DNA of 64,000 bases from Pseudomonadota bacterium (GCA_041164825.1 JBEAOO010000002.1:7082-71081); one strand, 5' to 3'; counted from the first letter of the stretch, positions 21,229 to 31,586 are shown. Notes: generated by a model not told the origin, from the letters alone. Translations and numbers: made by a program.

Positions 21229-22119
21229 TCAGACCGGCGCGTAAGCCAGCCGCACGTAAATCGGCGCAAAGGCCTCGGCTTGCGTGATCTCGAGCAGGCG
21301 CTCGCGGGCGAGTTCGAGCATGGCGATGAAGGTCACCACCAGGACCTGCGGGCCGCGGGTCACGTCAAACAGGTGCTCAAACTCCACGAAGCGCTGGCCC
21401 TGCAGCGTGCGCAGCACGATGCTCATGTGCTCGCGCACGCTGAGTTCTTCGCGGGTGATGGTGTGGTGCTGGTTCAGGCGCGAGCGCTGCAGGATGTCGG
21501 CCCAAGCGGCGCGCAGTTCGTCGGCACTCACGTCGGGGAAGCGCGGGGTGAGCGACTGCTCCACGTACACCTCGGCGCGCAAAAAATCGCGGCCCAGCAG
21601 CGGCAGCGCGTCGAGCCGCGCCGCGGCCAGTTTGATTTGTTCGTACTCGATCAGCCGCCGCACCAGCTCAGCGCGGGGGTCTTCCACCTCGTCGCCATCG
21701 GCCGCTTTTTTGGGCGGCAACAGCATGCGCGATTTGATCTCGATCAGCATCGCCGCCATCAACAGGTACTCGCTGGCGAGCTCCAAATTGGTCTTGCGGA
21801 TCTGGTCGACATAGGCCAAGTACTGGCGCGTCACGTCGGCCAGCGGGATGTCGAGGATGTTGAAGTTCTGCTTGCGGATCAGGTAGAGCAACAAGTCCAG
21901 CGGGCCCTCGAACGCCTCCAGAAACACCTCCAGCGCGTCGGGTGGGATGTAGAGATCGGTCGGCATGGCGAACAGCGGTTCGCCATACAAGCGGGCCATG
22001 GCCACGCGGTCGATCACCACCGGGCCTTCGAGCGCGCTCGGGTCGGGCAAGGCGGGCTGTGGCCCCGCGGGCACGCCATGCGGCGGCGTGGGCAGGGTCG
22101 TGTCGGTGGTTGTCGTCAC
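21229..22119 (-). CDS. scpA: Segregation and condensation protein A
   Basis: 296 aa (GTG start, uncertain). FEGPLDLLLYLIRKQNFNILDIPLADVTRQYL is the typical ScpA N-terminus. Confidence 0.9.
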   Translation of the reverse strand: MTTTTDTTLPTPPHGVPAGPQPALPDPSALEGPVVIDRVAMARLYGEPLFAMPTDLYIPPDALEVFLEAFEGPLDLLLYLIRKQNFNILDIPLADVTRQYLAYVDQIRKTNLELASEYLLMAAMLIEIKSRMLLPPKKAADGDEVEDPRAELVRRLIEYEQIKLAAARLDALPLLGRDFLRAEVYVEQSLTPRFPDVSADELRAAWADILQRSRLNQHHTITREELSVREHMSIVLRTLQGQRFVEFEHLFDVTRGPQVLVVTFIAMLELARERLLEITQAEAFAPIYVRLAYAPV

Positions 22120-22187
22120 GGCGGTGCGGCGGGCGGGCTGGAGGGGCGCTGCGCGGCCGCGGGGTGGCGGGCGCAGCGGAGGGCGGT

Positions 22188-22391
22188 TCAGTGGCCCTTG
22201 TTCTGGTAGACGTAGGGCTGTTGGGCCACGCGTGCATCGGCGTAGTCGGCCGCCGCGGCGCGGTCTTGCGGCTTGTCCCAGAGCAGCTCACGGCCTTGGC
22301 GCTGTTCGGCTTCCAGCGTCGGCTTCTTGGCCTTCAGGCTCTCGATGAAGGTCGTGGCGTCGGACTTGTAGGATTTCCAGAACAGCGGCAT
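22188..22391 (-). CDS. DUF3460 family small protein
   Basis: 67 aa from ATG 22389-22391 (MPLFWKSYKSDATTFIESLKAKKPTLEAEQRQGRELLWDK…). Usual position upstream of scpA in Burkholderiales. Confidence 0.7.
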   Translation of the reverse strand: MPLFWKSYKSDATTFIESLKAKKPTLEAEQRQGRELLWDKPQDRAAAADYADARVAQQPYVYQNKGH

Positions 22392-22501
22392 GGTGGCTCG
22401 GGCACCGGGTGAGGGCACCAACTCAAAAAGGGATCAAGGGCCGCATTTTACGCAGCCCGCCGGTAGGTTCATCGGGCGATCAGGCGTGGATCAGGCCGAT
22501 A

Positions 22502-23173
22502 TCAGGCCGGAAAGCGCCGCACGCCCTCGCCCCGGCTGAGGAAAGTGTGCGATTGCCCCACCAGCCAGCGCGCCAGCTCATCGAGCAAGGCGCTGTTGAC
22601 GGCCAAGGCGCTGAACTCGGCGTTCACGGTCTCAAACCCATCGAGGTTGATGAGCTGGAACTGCAGCCGCGCGTTGGCGTGGTCGGGCAGCACCTTCACG
22701 CTGCCGGCGAAGTCAGCGTGCACGCGGTAGCGCATCAGCTTGAGCTTGCCGTTGTCGGGGTTGCGCACGGCCTCGCTGTGCACCTGCGCGCCACTTTGTT
22801 TGAGGCGCGATTCCAGGGTCTCGATGTCGGGCAGGAAGTCGCGCTCCAGGTCGAGCATCTGGCCGGTGGGCAGCAGCCAGTGCAGCACCACGTGGTCGTG
22901 GGTTTGCTGGCCGGCCGGGCCTTTGCGGCGCGCGTCGGCGCGGAAGGTGGTCATCTTCAGACCGTCAAACGCGGTGCGGCGGTCGAGCGCAAAGCGCGCC
23001 GGCGACACCGGCTGCAGCACGTTGAGCTGCCCCACCAAGGTGGTGAAGTAGCGCGACACCGACACGCACGCGGCCTCGGTGAGGTCGGTGTTGCGTTGCA
23101 GTGAGCCGTTGTCGCGGGCCTGGTTGGCGAGGGCCGCGTCGGCTTGTTGCTTGAGGTCGTCTAGAAAGCCCAC
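22502..23173 (-). CDS. Hypothetical protein (no family recognised)
   Basis: 223 aa from GTG 23171-23173 (VGFLDDLKQQADAAL…). Protein-like composition and codon bias. The longer ORF N-terminus is Arg/Pro-rich and rejected. Confidence 0.55.
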   Translation of the reverse strand: MGFLDDLKQQADAALANQARDNGSLQRNTDLTEAACVSVSRYFTTLVGQLNVLQPVSPARFALDRRTAFDGLKMTTFRADARRKGPAGQQTHDHVVLHWLLPTGQMLDLERDFLPDIETLESRLKQSGAQVHSEAVRNPDNGKLKLMRYRVHADFAGSVKVLPDHANARLQFQLINLDGFETVNAEFSALAVNSALLDELARWLVGQSHTFLSRGEGVRRFPA

Positions 23174-23253
23174 GGTGGTGCGTTCGCAGTGTGTCGATGG
23201 GCGCAAAGGATAGCGCAGGTGGGCGGGCCCGAAGGGCGCCACTGCGCCCTCTT

Positions 23254-24951
23254 TCAGGGGAGGGTGGCGGCCTGGAGCGCGCTGGCCAAGTCGGCGTGCA
23301 GGTGCGCAGCGCCGAGGTGCTCGATGAAGCCGGCGCGGCGCAGCAGGTCGAGCGGCTGCGCGTTGAGGGCGCACAGCTGCAGCGCCACGCCCTGGCGGGC
23401 GAGGGTGCGCTGCAGCTGTTCCAGCGCGTCCACGCCCGAGGTGTCGATCGACACCAGTTGGTGCATCTCCAGCAGCAGCACGCGGGTCTGCGGCGTCAAG
23501 GTGTCGGCCAGCGATTCGACCTTGCCCACGGCGCCAAAAAACAGCGAGCCATACAGCCGCACCACCTGCACGCCCGGCACCGCTTCACCGCTCTGGGCCT
23601 CGGCCCGAAACAGCATCGCCATGCGGTAGATGAAGAAGCCGCAGGCCAGCATCAGCCCCACTTCCACCGCCACCGTGAGGTCGAACACCACGGTCAGTAA
23701 AAACGTGCCCACCAGCACCGTTCGGTAGGGCAGGTTGAATTGTTTGAGGCGCGCGAACTCGCGCCACTCGCCCATGTTCCAGGCCACAAAGAGCAGGATG
23801 CCGGCCATGGCCGCCAGCGGCACGTGCTCGGCCAGGGGTGCGGCCAGCAGCACGATCAGCAGCAGTGCGATGGCGTGCACGATGCCGGCCACCGGGCTGG
23901 TGGCGCCCGAGCGCACATTGGTGACCGTGCGCGCGATGGTGCCCGTGGCCGGGATGCCGCCAAAAAACGGCACCACCATGTTGGCCAGGCCTTGCGCCAT
24001 CAGCTCTTGGTTGGGGTCGTGGCGGGGCGCGTCGATCAGGTTGTCGGCCACGCGGGCGCACAGCAGCGATTCGATGGCGCCCAGCAGCGCCAGCGTCAGC
24101 GACGGGATCAGCAACTCTTTGGCACTGACCCAGCTGAATGGCGGCAGGCTGAGCTGCGGCAAGCTTTGCGGGATGCCGCCAAAGCGCGAGCCGATGGTGT
24201 CCACCGGCAGCTTCAGCAGCGCCGTGGCCAAGGTGGCGCCCACCAGCGCGATCACCGTGCCGGGCAGGTGGCTGGCCAGGCGCCGCAGCTGGTGCTGCCA
24301 ACCGGTGTGGCGGCCGTCGTCGGTGTAGGACTTGGGCCACACCACCACCAGCGCCAAGCTCGCCAGGCCAATCAGCACGGCCACGGGGTTGATGCTGCCT
24401 GCGTGGCTGAACAGCGCGTGGATTTGCGCGAAGAAGTCGGCCGGCACCGGCCCGGTTTGCAGGCCCAGCAGGTCTTTGAGCTGCGTGAGGCCAATCATCA
24501 CCGCGATGCCATTGGTGAAGCCAATGATGATGCTGACCGGCAGAAAGCGCACCAGCGCGCCCAGCTTGAGCGCACCCATGGCAAACAGCATCACGCCGGC
24601 CAGCGCGGTGCTGATGAGCAAATTGGTGAGCCCGTAGCGCTCGACGATGCCGTAGACGATGACGATGAAGGCGCCCGCCGGCCCACCGATTTGCACCTGC
24701 GAGCCGCCGAGGGCGGAGATCATCAGCCCGGCAATGATGGCGGTGATCAGCCCTTGTTCGGGCTTGACGCCGGAGGCGATGGCGAACGCCATGGCCAGCG
24801 GCAGCGCCACCACGCCAACGGTGATGCCGGCGCCCAAGTCGGTGAAAAAACGCTGCCGGGTGTAGCCCTGCAGGGCATCGAGCAGGCGCGGGCGGAACGT
24901 GGGCAGGTGGCGGATCGGCAAACGGGCTCCTGGCAGTGGGGCGGCATGCAT
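23254..24951 (-). CDS. SulP family inorganic anion transporter with C-terminal STAS domain
   Basis: Start ATG 24949-24951. DLGAGITVGVVALPLAMAFAIASG, multi-TM core. C-terminal STAS (VVRLYGSLFFGAVGKVE…VSIDTSGVDALEQL). Confidence 0.9.
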   Translation of the reverse strand: MHAAPLPGARLPIRHLPTFRPRLLDALQGYTRQRFFTDLGAGITVGVVALPLAMAFAIASGVKPEQGLITAIIAGLMISALGGSQVQIGGPAGAFIVIVYGIVERYGLTNLLISTALAGVMLFAMGALKLGALVRFLPVSIIIGFTNGIAVMIGLTQLKDLLGLQTGPVPADFFAQIHALFSHAGSINPVAVLIGLASLALVVVWPKSYTDDGRHTGWQHQLRRLASHLPGTVIALVGATLATALLKLPVDTIGSRFGGIPQSLPQLSLPPFSWVSAKELLIPSLTLALLGAIESLLCARVADNLIDAPRHDPNQELMAQGLANMVVPFFGGIPATGTIARTVTNVRSGATSPVAGIVHAIALLLIVLLAAPLAEHVPLAAMAGILLFVAWNMGEWREFARLKQFNLPYRTVLVGTFLLTVVFDLTVAVEVGLMLACGFFIYRMAMLFRAEAQSGEAVPGVQVVRLYGSLFFGAVGKVESLADTLTPQTRVLLLEMHQLVSIDTSGVDALEQLQRTLARQGVALQLCALNAQPLDLLRRAGFIEHLGAAHLHADLASALQAATLP

Positions 24952-25089
24952 GGGCGGGGGTGCGCGGGCGCCCCAAACGGTGATGATGCCACCGGAACAA
25001 GCAGGCAAAACAAGCGTTCCTCCGTGAATCGCTGAGGTGTGCTTGCGCCGGGCAAAGGGCTACGATGTTGCCAAGGAGCGTTGCCCGCC

Positions 25090-25485
25090 ATGCTCAACCG
25101 GATCGTGCTGATCGACGACAGCGAGCCCGACCTCATTTACTCGCGCATCGTGCTGGAGCGCTCGGGCATTGCGCGCGAGGTGCAGGCGTTCGAGTCGGCG
25201 CGCGAGGCGCTGGATTGGCTGCAGGCGCCCACCTGCCGCGGCGCCGATGTGATCCTGCTCGACATCAACATGCCGGGCATGGATGGCTTTGAGTTCCTTG
25301 ACGCACTGAAGCAAGCCGGCACCTGCTTGGCCGGCAGCCGCCTGAACCAGGTGGTGATGCTCACCTCCTCTCCCGACCCCGACGACCGCGCGCGCGCGGC
25401 CAGCTACCCCTGTGTGCGTGGCTATCTGGTGAAGCCGCTGGACAAGGCGGCTGTGCTGGCACTGCCCGCCTCGCTCGGCCCATGA
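25090..25485 (+). CDS. Single-domain CheY-like response regulator
   Basis: 131 aa. IVLIDDSEPDL, ILLDINMPGMDGFEFL, LVKP receiver motifs, no output domain. Stop overlaps the next gene's start (ATGA at 25482-25485). Confidence 0.9.
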   Translation: MLNRIVLIDDSEPDLIYSRIVLERSGIAREVQAFESAREALDWLQAPTCRGADVILLDINMPGMDGFEFLDALKQAGTCLAGSRLNQVVMLTSSPDPDDRARAASYPCVRGYLVKPLDKAAVLALPASLGP

Positions 25486-26492
25486 GCACCGGCCGCAGCG
25501 CGCGCCGATTCTGGGGGCGTTGTGGCCGGCTCGGCAGCTTGGGGCTGTGCCTGTGCATGTGCCTGTGGACACCCGGGCTCAGCGCCGCCGCCGCCTCGGC
25601 CGCCGCCCTCACTGGCGCCCAACGCGATTGGCTGGCCGCGCATGGGCCGTGGCGGCTCGGCACCGAGCGCGACCATGGCCCCTTTGTGTTTGCCGGCCCC
25701 GACGGCCAGATGCAGGGCTTGTCCATCGACATGCTCCGCCTGGTGCAGCAGCGCACCGGCCTGCGCGTCAACGCACTGCCCGGCCAGCCGCTGGCGCAGG
25801 TGTTGCAAGCCGCCGAGCGCGGCGAGGTGGATGTGATGTCGTCACTTCGCCCCACGTTGGAGCGCGCCCGCAGCTTGATCTTCACCCAGCCTTACGTTGC
25901 CGTGCCGGCGGTGGTGGTGATGCGGCGAACCCGTGCGCCGCTCGGATTGCCCGAGTTGGTGGGGCAGCCGGTGGCGGTGGGCCAGGGCTATGCGGTGGAG
26001 TCGGTGGTGCGGGCGCGCCACCCGGGCGTGTTGTGGCAGCCCGTGGCCGACGACCTGGCGGCCTTGCGCGGTGTGGCCGAGGGCCGCTTTGCGGCAGCGG
26101 TGGTTGACGCGGCCAGCCTGTCGTTTGTGGTGAAGCAACAAGGGCTGACCGGCCTGGCGGCCACGGCCGAGGCCAACTTTCACTACGCCTTGAGTTTTGC
26201 GGTGCGCAAAGACTTGCCCGAACTCCGCGACATCCTGGAGGCCGGTTTTCGCGTGCTCACCCTGGCCGAGCGGCAGGTGGTGCTGGACCGGTGGCTGTTG
26301 CCGTCCGCACTGGCCCAGGCGCCGGCCGCATCGCCCTGGGCCACACGCCTGGGTTGGGCCCTGTTGCTGGGCGGCGCGCTGCTGGGGCTGGCGCTGTTGG
26401 GGCTGGCGCTGTTGGGGCGCTGGCGGCGGGCCCTTGCTGCGTCTGCTGCTGCGGGGGCTGATGCCGCAGCCCCTCCGTCGGGCACTGGCTGA
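25482..26492 (+). CDS. SBP_bac_3-type (amino-acid-binding-like) periplasmic domain protein with C-terminal TM anchor
   Basis: 336 aa. N-terminal signal/anchor, LTGAQRDWLAAHGPWRLGTERDHGPFVF…GLSIDMLRLV pattern typical of the sensor SBP_3 domains of BvgS-like kinases. C-terminal hydrophobic helix WALLLGGALLGLALLGLALLG followed by RWRR. Confidence 0.7.
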   Translation: MSTGRSARRFWGRCGRLGSLGLCLCMCLWTPGLSAAAASAAALTGAQRDWLAAHGPWRLGTERDHGPFVFAGPDGQMQGLSIDMLRLVQQRTGLRVNALPGQPLAQVLQAAERGEVDVMSSLRPTLERARSLIFTQPYVAVPAVVVMRRTRAPLGLPELVGQPVAVGQGYAVESVVRARHPGVLWQPVADDLAALRGVAEGRFAAAVVDAASLSFVVKQQGLTGLAATAEANFHYALSFAVRKDLPELRDILEAGFRVLTLAERQVVLDRWLLPSALAQAPAASPWATRLGWALLLGGALLGLALLGLALLGRWRRALAASAAAGADAAAPPSGTG

Positions 26493-26495
26493 GCC

Positions 26496-28184
26496 ATGGT
26501 GTGGCGGCTGACCCCCCAAGTCACGCAGGCACCGCGCCGGCGCTGGCCCGTGTGGCCCGAGGCCCTGGGCCTGGGTTTGCTCTACGCCGCCGCCGCGATG
26601 CTCAGCCTGCACACGCCGCGCGACCCCGGGGAGATTCCCAACCTCTGGCTGGCCAATGCCGCTGCCGTGGCCGTGATGTGCACCAGCAGACGCGAGCGTT
26701 GGCCCTGGCAGCTGGCCGCGTGTTTGTTGGCCAATCTGGCGGTCAATTCGATGCAGGGGCACGCGCTGCTCGGCTCGCTCGCGTTTTTGCTTTGCAACGG
26801 CCTGGAGTGTCTGCTGGGCGCCTGGCTCTTGAGCCGTGCGCAGGTGCAATTCACCGGCTTGCGCACGCCCCGCGCCATGCTGTGGCTGTTGTTTGCGGGT
26901 GCCTTGCTGCCGCCGCTGTTTGGCGCCTCCTTGGCGGCCTTGGTGGTGTCTTTGCAGCTGGGGGCCAGCCCACTCGCCGTGTGGCAAAACTGGTTCCAGG
27001 GCTCGGCCTTGGGCTCGGTGGCGTGGCTGGCCGGGCTGGTCACCTGGCGCATTGAGCCCTGGCCGGTGCTGCGCAAATCGCTGCTCCACCTGCGGCTGTT
27101 GGCGATGGTCATGGTGTCGGTGGGGGTGGCGCTGTTGGCCATGGTGCACACGCCGTATCCCTTCGTGTTCCTGGCCTTTCCGCTGCTGCTGTCCGCCACG
27201 CTGGTCGACCTGAGCGCTTTGCTGCTGCTGACTTGGTTGGTCGGCATGACGGCGGTGGTGGCGCTGGGCTACGGCGTGTTGCAGCCGCCGCCCACCGTGG
27301 CGCGTTGGCAGTCGGTTTACCTCTATGCGGCGCTGGCCGCCTCGCTGCTGCCCGCGCAACTGCTGGCCGCCGCCATGGCCGGCATGCGCGACAGCCATGC
27401 CGAACTCGCCGCCCGCACGGCCGATCTCAAGCGCGCCAACGAAGGGCTGGAGCAGTTTGTGCGCATGGTCTCGCACGACATGCGCGAGCCAGTGAACACC
27501 ATCGTGCAGTTCAGCGCCTTGGTGCAGCAAGACCACGAGGCCGTGCTGCCGTCCGATGCGCGCAGCTACCTGTCGCTCGTGCACACCGCGGGCCTGCGCA
27601 TGCGCCGCATGTTGGATGAATTGCTGCGCTTTGTGCGCCTGCAGCATGGCACGCTGGAGGCGCTGCGGCCCGTGTCGCTGGGTGCGGTGGTGCAAGAGGC
27701 GCTGGACGCGCTGGCCAGCGGCATCCGCGCGTCCGGTGCGCAGATCCGCGTGGCCTCCGACCTGCCCACAGTGCAAGGCAACGAGGCCTTGCTGGGCCTG
27801 CTGGTCCAGAACCTGCTGTCGAACGCGCTGAAGTTTGTGCCCGCTGGCGGCGTGCCGCAGGTGGAGGTGTTGGCGGTGGACGCAGCGCCTGGCAGCGAGT
27901 GGGTGCAGCTCAGCGTGATCGACCACGGCATCGGCGTGGCCGAGGTCGATCAGCCGCGCTTGTTTCAGCCCTTTTTGCGCCTGAACCTGCGCAAACACTA
28001 CGACGGCACGGGCTTGGGCTTGGCGCTGTGCCGGCAAATTGCCGAGGCGCACGGCGGCAGCATCACGCTCGCTTCGGTGCCCGGTTTGGGCTGCCGTTTC
28101 ACGGTGACGCTGCGCCGCGGTGCGGCATGGCCCGTCGACGCTGCGGAACCCGGCGGCCTTGCGGCGCCGGGCGCTGTGAGCTGA
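26496..28184 (+). CDS. MASE1-domain sensor histidine kinase
   Basis: 562 aa. About 8 TM MASE1-like N-terminus (IPNLWLANAAAVAVM…), H-box SHDMREPVN, NALKF, DHGIGV, GTGLGLA. ATG lies 3 nt after the upstream stop. Confidence 0.85.
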   Translation: MVWRLTPQVTQAPRRRWPVWPEALGLGLLYAAAAMLSLHTPRDPGEIPNLWLANAAAVAVMCTSRRERWPWQLAACLLANLAVNSMQGHALLGSLAFLLCNGLECLLGAWLLSRAQVQFTGLRTPRAMLWLLFAGALLPPLFGASLAALVVSLQLGASPLAVWQNWFQGSALGSVAWLAGLVTWRIEPWPVLRKSLLHLRLLAMVMVSVGVALLAMVHTPYPFVFLAFPLLLSATLVDLSALLLLTWLVGMTAVVALGYGVLQPPPTVARWQSVYLYAALAASLLPAQLLAAAMAGMRDSHAELAARTADLKRANEGLEQFVRMVSHDMREPVNTIVQFSALVQQDHEAVLPSDARSYLSLVHTAGLRMRRMLDELLRFVRLQHGTLEALRPVSLGAVVQEALDALASGIRASGAQIRVASDLPTVQGNEALLGLLVQNLLSNALKFVPAGGVPQVEVLAVDAAPGSEWVQLSVIDHGIGVAEVDQPRLFQPFLRLNLRKHYDGTGLGLALCRQIAEAHGGSITLASVPGLGCRFTVTLRRGAAWPVDAAEPGGLAAPGAVS

Positions 28185-28204
28185 GCGCCGGAGCGGCGCC
28201 TCAG
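28181..28204. terminator. Hairpin spanning both stop codons of convergent kinase and metG genes
   Basis: ctgagcgcc-ggagc-ggcgcctcag (one bulge). No U-tract. Confidence 0.3.
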
Positions 28205-30243
28205 CGCACCCGCATGCCCGGCTGCGCGCCCGGCCAAGCTTCCATGATATAGAGGCCTGGGTGGGCTTTGTCGTCGGCATGGCTGCCGGCCAGCACCATG
28301 CCTTCGGACACGCCGAACTTCATCTTGCGCGGCGCCAGGTTGGCCACCATCAGCGTCAGCTTGCCGATCAAATCAGCCGGTTGGTAGGCCGATTTGATGC
28401 CCGAGAACACATTGCGCATGCGGCCTTCGCCCACATCGAGCGTGAGGCGCAGCAGCTTGTCGCTGCCTTCCACGGCCTCGCAATTGACGATCTTGGCGAT
28501 GCGCAAATCAACCTTGGCAAAGTCGTCGACCTTGATCTCGTCGGCCAGGGCCTCGCCGCCGGGCAAGACCACCGGGGCGGCGGGCGCCTCAAACAGCGCT
28601 TCCAGCATCTTCGGGTCCACGCGCTGCATCAGGTGGTTGTAGTTGCCAATGGTGTGGTGGCCGAGCGCACGCTGCGCGTCGGCAAAGCCCAGGGGCGCCA
28701 CCTGCAAAAAGGCCTCGACCTGCGCGGCCAAGGCGGGCAGCACGGGCTTGAGGTAGATGGTGAGCAGGCGGAAGGCCTCGATGCAGACGCTGCAGACATC
28801 GTGCAGCACGGCGTCGGCGCCTTCTTTTTTGGCCAGCTCCCAGGGCTTGTTGGCGTCCACGTACTCGTTGACGCGGTCGGCCAAGCCCATGATTTCGCGC
28901 AGCGCCTTGCTGTATTCGCGTGCTTCGTACAGGCCCACGACCGTGTCGGCATGGCCGCGCAAGGTGTCGAGCAGGGTGCGGCCTTCCACGCCCAGGTCGG
29001 CGCTGAGCTGGCCGTTGAAGCGCTTGCTCAAAAAGCCCGCGGCGCGGCTGGCGATGTTGATGTACTTGCCCACCAGGTCGCTGTTGACGCGCGACACAAA
29101 GTCATCGGGGTTGAAGTCGATGTCTTCGTTGCGCGACGAGAGCTTGGCCGCCAGGTAGTAGCGCAGCCACTCGGGGTTCATGCCCAGGCTCAGGTATTTC
29201 AGCGGGTCGAGCCCGGTGCCACGGCTTTTGCTCATCTTTTCGCCGTCGTTCACGGTCATGAAGCCGTGCACGTAGACGCGGTCCGGCACCTTGCGGCCGC
29301 TGAACTTCAGCATCGCCGGCCAAAAGAGGGTGTGGAAGGTGACGATGTCTTTGCCGATGAAGTGGATCTGCTCCACCTCGGGGTCGGCCAGGTAGGCGTC
29401 GAAGTCTTCGCCCTTTTTGTCGAACCAGGCCTTGAGCGAAGCGAGGTAGCCCACCGGGGCGTCCAGCCACACATAGAAGTACTTGCCCGGCGCGTCGGGG
29501 ATCTCGATGCCGAAGTAGGGCGCGTCGCGGCTGATGTCCCAGTCGTTGAGCTGGGTTTTGCCGTCCTCGTCGCGCGCGAACCATTCCTTCACCTTGTTGG
29601 CCACCTCGGCCTGCAGGCGGCCGTCTTGGGTCCAGCTCTCCAAGAACTCCACGCAGCGCGGGTCAGACAACTTGAAGAAAAAGTGCTCGCTGGTGCGCAG
29701 CACCGGCGTGGCGCCCGAGAGCGCGGAGTAGGGGTTCTTCAGCTCGGTGGGCGCGTACACCGCGCCGCAGACCTCGCAGTTGTCGCCGTACTGGTCTTTG
29801 GCGCCGCACTTGGGGCACTCGCCCTTGATGAAGCGGTCGGGCAAGAACATGCCCTTTTCGGGGTCGAAAAACTGCTCGATGGTCTTGGTCGAGATCAGCT
29901 CGTTCTTGCGCAGCGCGAGGTAGATTTCTTGCGCGAGCTGGTGGTTCTCGGGCGCGTCGGTCGAGTGCCAGTGGTCGAAGGCGATGTGGAAGCCGTCGAG
30001 GTAAGGCTTGCGGCCGGCGGCGATGTCGGCCACGAACTGCTGCGGGGTTTTGCCGGCTTTTTCCGCCGCAATCATGATCGGCGCGCCGTGCGCGTCGTCA
30101 GCACCGACGAAGTTCACCGTGTGGCCGTGCATGCGCTGGAACCGCACCCAGATGTCGGCCTGGATGTACTCCATGATGTGGCCGATGTGGAAGTGGCCGT
30201 TGGCATACGGCAGGGCGGTGGTGACGAAGAGCTTGCGGGACAT
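28201..30243 (-). CDS. metG: Methionine--tRNA ligase
   Basis: 680 aa. [11 protein letters not shown] (HIGH), Zn knuckle CPKCG…CEVCG, KMSKS, C-terminal tRNA-binding (EMAP/Trbp111-like) domain. Confidence 0.97.
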   Translation of the reverse strand: MSRKLFVTTALPYANGHFHIGHIMEYIQADIWVRFQRMHGHTVNFVGADDAHGAPIMIAAEKAGKTPQQFVADIAAGRKPYLDGFHIAFDHWHSTDAPENHQLAQEIYLALRKNELISTKTIEQFFDPEKGMFLPDRFIKGECPKCGAKDQYGDNCEVCGAVYAPTELKNPYSALSGATPVLRTSEHFFFKLSDPRCVEFLESWTQDGRLQAEVANKVKEWFARDEDGKTQLNDWDISRDAPYFGIEIPDAPGKYFYVWLDAPVGYLASLKAWFDKKGEDFDAYLADPEVEQIHFIGKDIVTFHTLFWPAMLKFSGRKVPDRVYVHGFMTVNDGEKMSKSRGTGLDPLKYLSLGMNPEWLRYYLAAKLSSRNEDIDFNPDDFVSRVNSDLVGKYINIASRAAGFLSKRFNGQLSADLGVEGRTLLDTLRGHADTVVGLYEAREYSKALREIMGLADRVNEYVDANKPWELAKKEGADAVLHDVCSVCIEAFRLLTIYLKPVLPALAAQVEAFLQVAPLGFADAQRALGHHTIGNYNHLMQRVDPKMLEALFEAPAAPVVLPGGEALADEIKVDDFAKVDLRIAKIVNCEAVEGSDKLLRLTLDVGEGRMRNVFSGIKSAYQPADLIGKLTLMVANLAPRKMKFGVSEGMVLAGSHADDKAHPGLYIMEAWPGAQPGMRVR

Positions 30244-30405
30244 CGGCGGCTCGGGTTGCAGGGGAAGGCGCGCATTTTACGGGGCGGCGCCTCCCTCTGG
30301 GCGCCTTGGGGCAAGGCCTCTGCCGGCCAAGCGCGTTCGCGCTGCAGGGACAAGCCCCCTGGGCTAGACTGAAATCCAATCCCCGCTTCTTTTGTGCCCA
30401 TCCCC

Positions 30406-31497
30406 ATGCCCGTCACCGAATCCGCGCTGCTGCAAGCCCTTCAAACCGTCATCGACCCCAACACCGGCAGCGACTTCGTCAGCACCCGGCAGTTGAAAAA
30501 CCTGCGCATCGATGGCGCCGAGGTGTCGTTTGATGTGGTGCTGGGCTACCCGGGCAAGAGCCAATTCGCCGCCCTGCGCACGGCGCTCTCTGAGGCCGCC
30601 CGCAGCGTGCCCGGCGTGGCCGGCGTGCATGCCAAGCTGAGCAGCCAGGTGGTGGCGCACGCCGTGCAGCGCGGCGTGGCCCTGCTGCCGAAGGTGAAAA
30701 ACATCATCGCCGTGGCCTCGGGCAAGGGTGGCGTGGGCAAGAGCACCACCGCCGTCAACCTGGCCTTGGCGCTGGCCGCCGAAGGCGCCACCGTGGGCCT
30801 GCTCGACGCCGACATCTACGGCCCCAGCCAGCCCATGATGATGGGCATCAGCGGCCAGCCCGAGAGCGCCGATGGCAAGACCATGGAGCCGATGCGCAAC
30901 CACGGTGTGGAGGTGATGTCGATCGGCTTTCTGGTCGATGCCGCCAACCCCATGATTTGGCGCGGCCCGATGGCCACGCAGGCGCTGGAGCAACTGCTGC
31001 GCCAAACCAACTGGGGCGACTTGGACTATTTGATCGTCGACATGCCCCCGGGCACCGGCGACATCCAGCTCACGCTGAGCCAAAAAGTGCCGCTGACCGG
31101 CGCGGTGATCGTCACCACCCCGCAGGACATCGCGCTGCTCGACGCGCGCAAGGGCCTGAAGATGTTTGAGAAAGTGGGCGTGCCCATCCTCGGCATCGTC
31201 GAGAACATGGCCGTGCACGTGTGCACGAACTGTGGCCACGTGGAGCACATTTTTGGCGCCGATGGCGGCAAGAAGATGGCGGCCGAATATGGCGTGGATT
31301 ACCTCGGTGCGCTGCCACTGAACCTGAGCATCCGCGAGAGTGCCGACAGTGGCCGCCCCAGCGTGGTGGCCGAGCCCGAGGGCGAGATCGCCGGCATCTA
31401 CAAGGCCGTGGCGCGCCAGGTGGCGGTCAAAGTGGCCCAGCGGGCGAAGGACTTTTCGGCCAAGTTCCCCACCATCAGCATCTCCAAAGACAGCTGA
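30406..31497 (+). CDS. apbC: Iron-sulfur cluster carrier protein ApbC/Mrp
   Basis: N-terminal DUF59-like segment, deviant Walker [17 protein letters not shown] motif. ATG 30406 (alternative GTG 30394). Confidence 0.92.
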   Translation: MPVTESALLQALQTVIDPNTGSDFVSTRQLKNLRIDGAEVSFDVVLGYPGKSQFAALRTALSEAARSVPGVAGVHAKLSSQVVAHAVQRGVALLPKVKNIIAVASGKGGVGKSTTAVNLALALAAEGATVGLLDADIYGPSQPMMMGISGQPESADGKTMEPMRNHGVEVMSIGFLVDAANPMIWRGPMATQALEQLLRQTNWGDLDYLIVDMPPGTGDIQLTLSQKVPLTGAVIVTTPQDIALLDARKGLKMFEKVGVPILGIVENMAVHVCTNCGHVEHIFGADGGKKMAAEYGVDYLGALPLNLSIRESADSGRPSVVAEPEGEIAGIYKAVARQVAVKVAQRAKDFSAKFPTISISKDS

Positions 31498-31586
31498 TTG
31501 GCGGCTGTATTTCCGCTGTCTGGCGGCTGTCGCGCCACCCGCGCGCGCTGGCTCTTAAAATCAGGCCCTGTTTTGAAGGACTGGGC

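Noticed and set aside
20242-21244. ORFs of 315 aa (minus strand) and 207/164/168 aa (plus strand) crossing the scpA-panB gap
   Set aside because: They are assembled from the tandem octamer, the hairpin element and the dispersed repeat, and partly overlap panB. They have no RBS and Pro/Arg/Gly-rich composition. The repeat copy at 55906 is crossed by similar ORFs in other frames.
25842-28280. 812-aa ORF on the minus strand
   Set aside because: It is antisense to the SBP_3 and MASE1-kinase genes. It is low-complexity Arg/Gln/His/Gly-rich with no recognisable domain.
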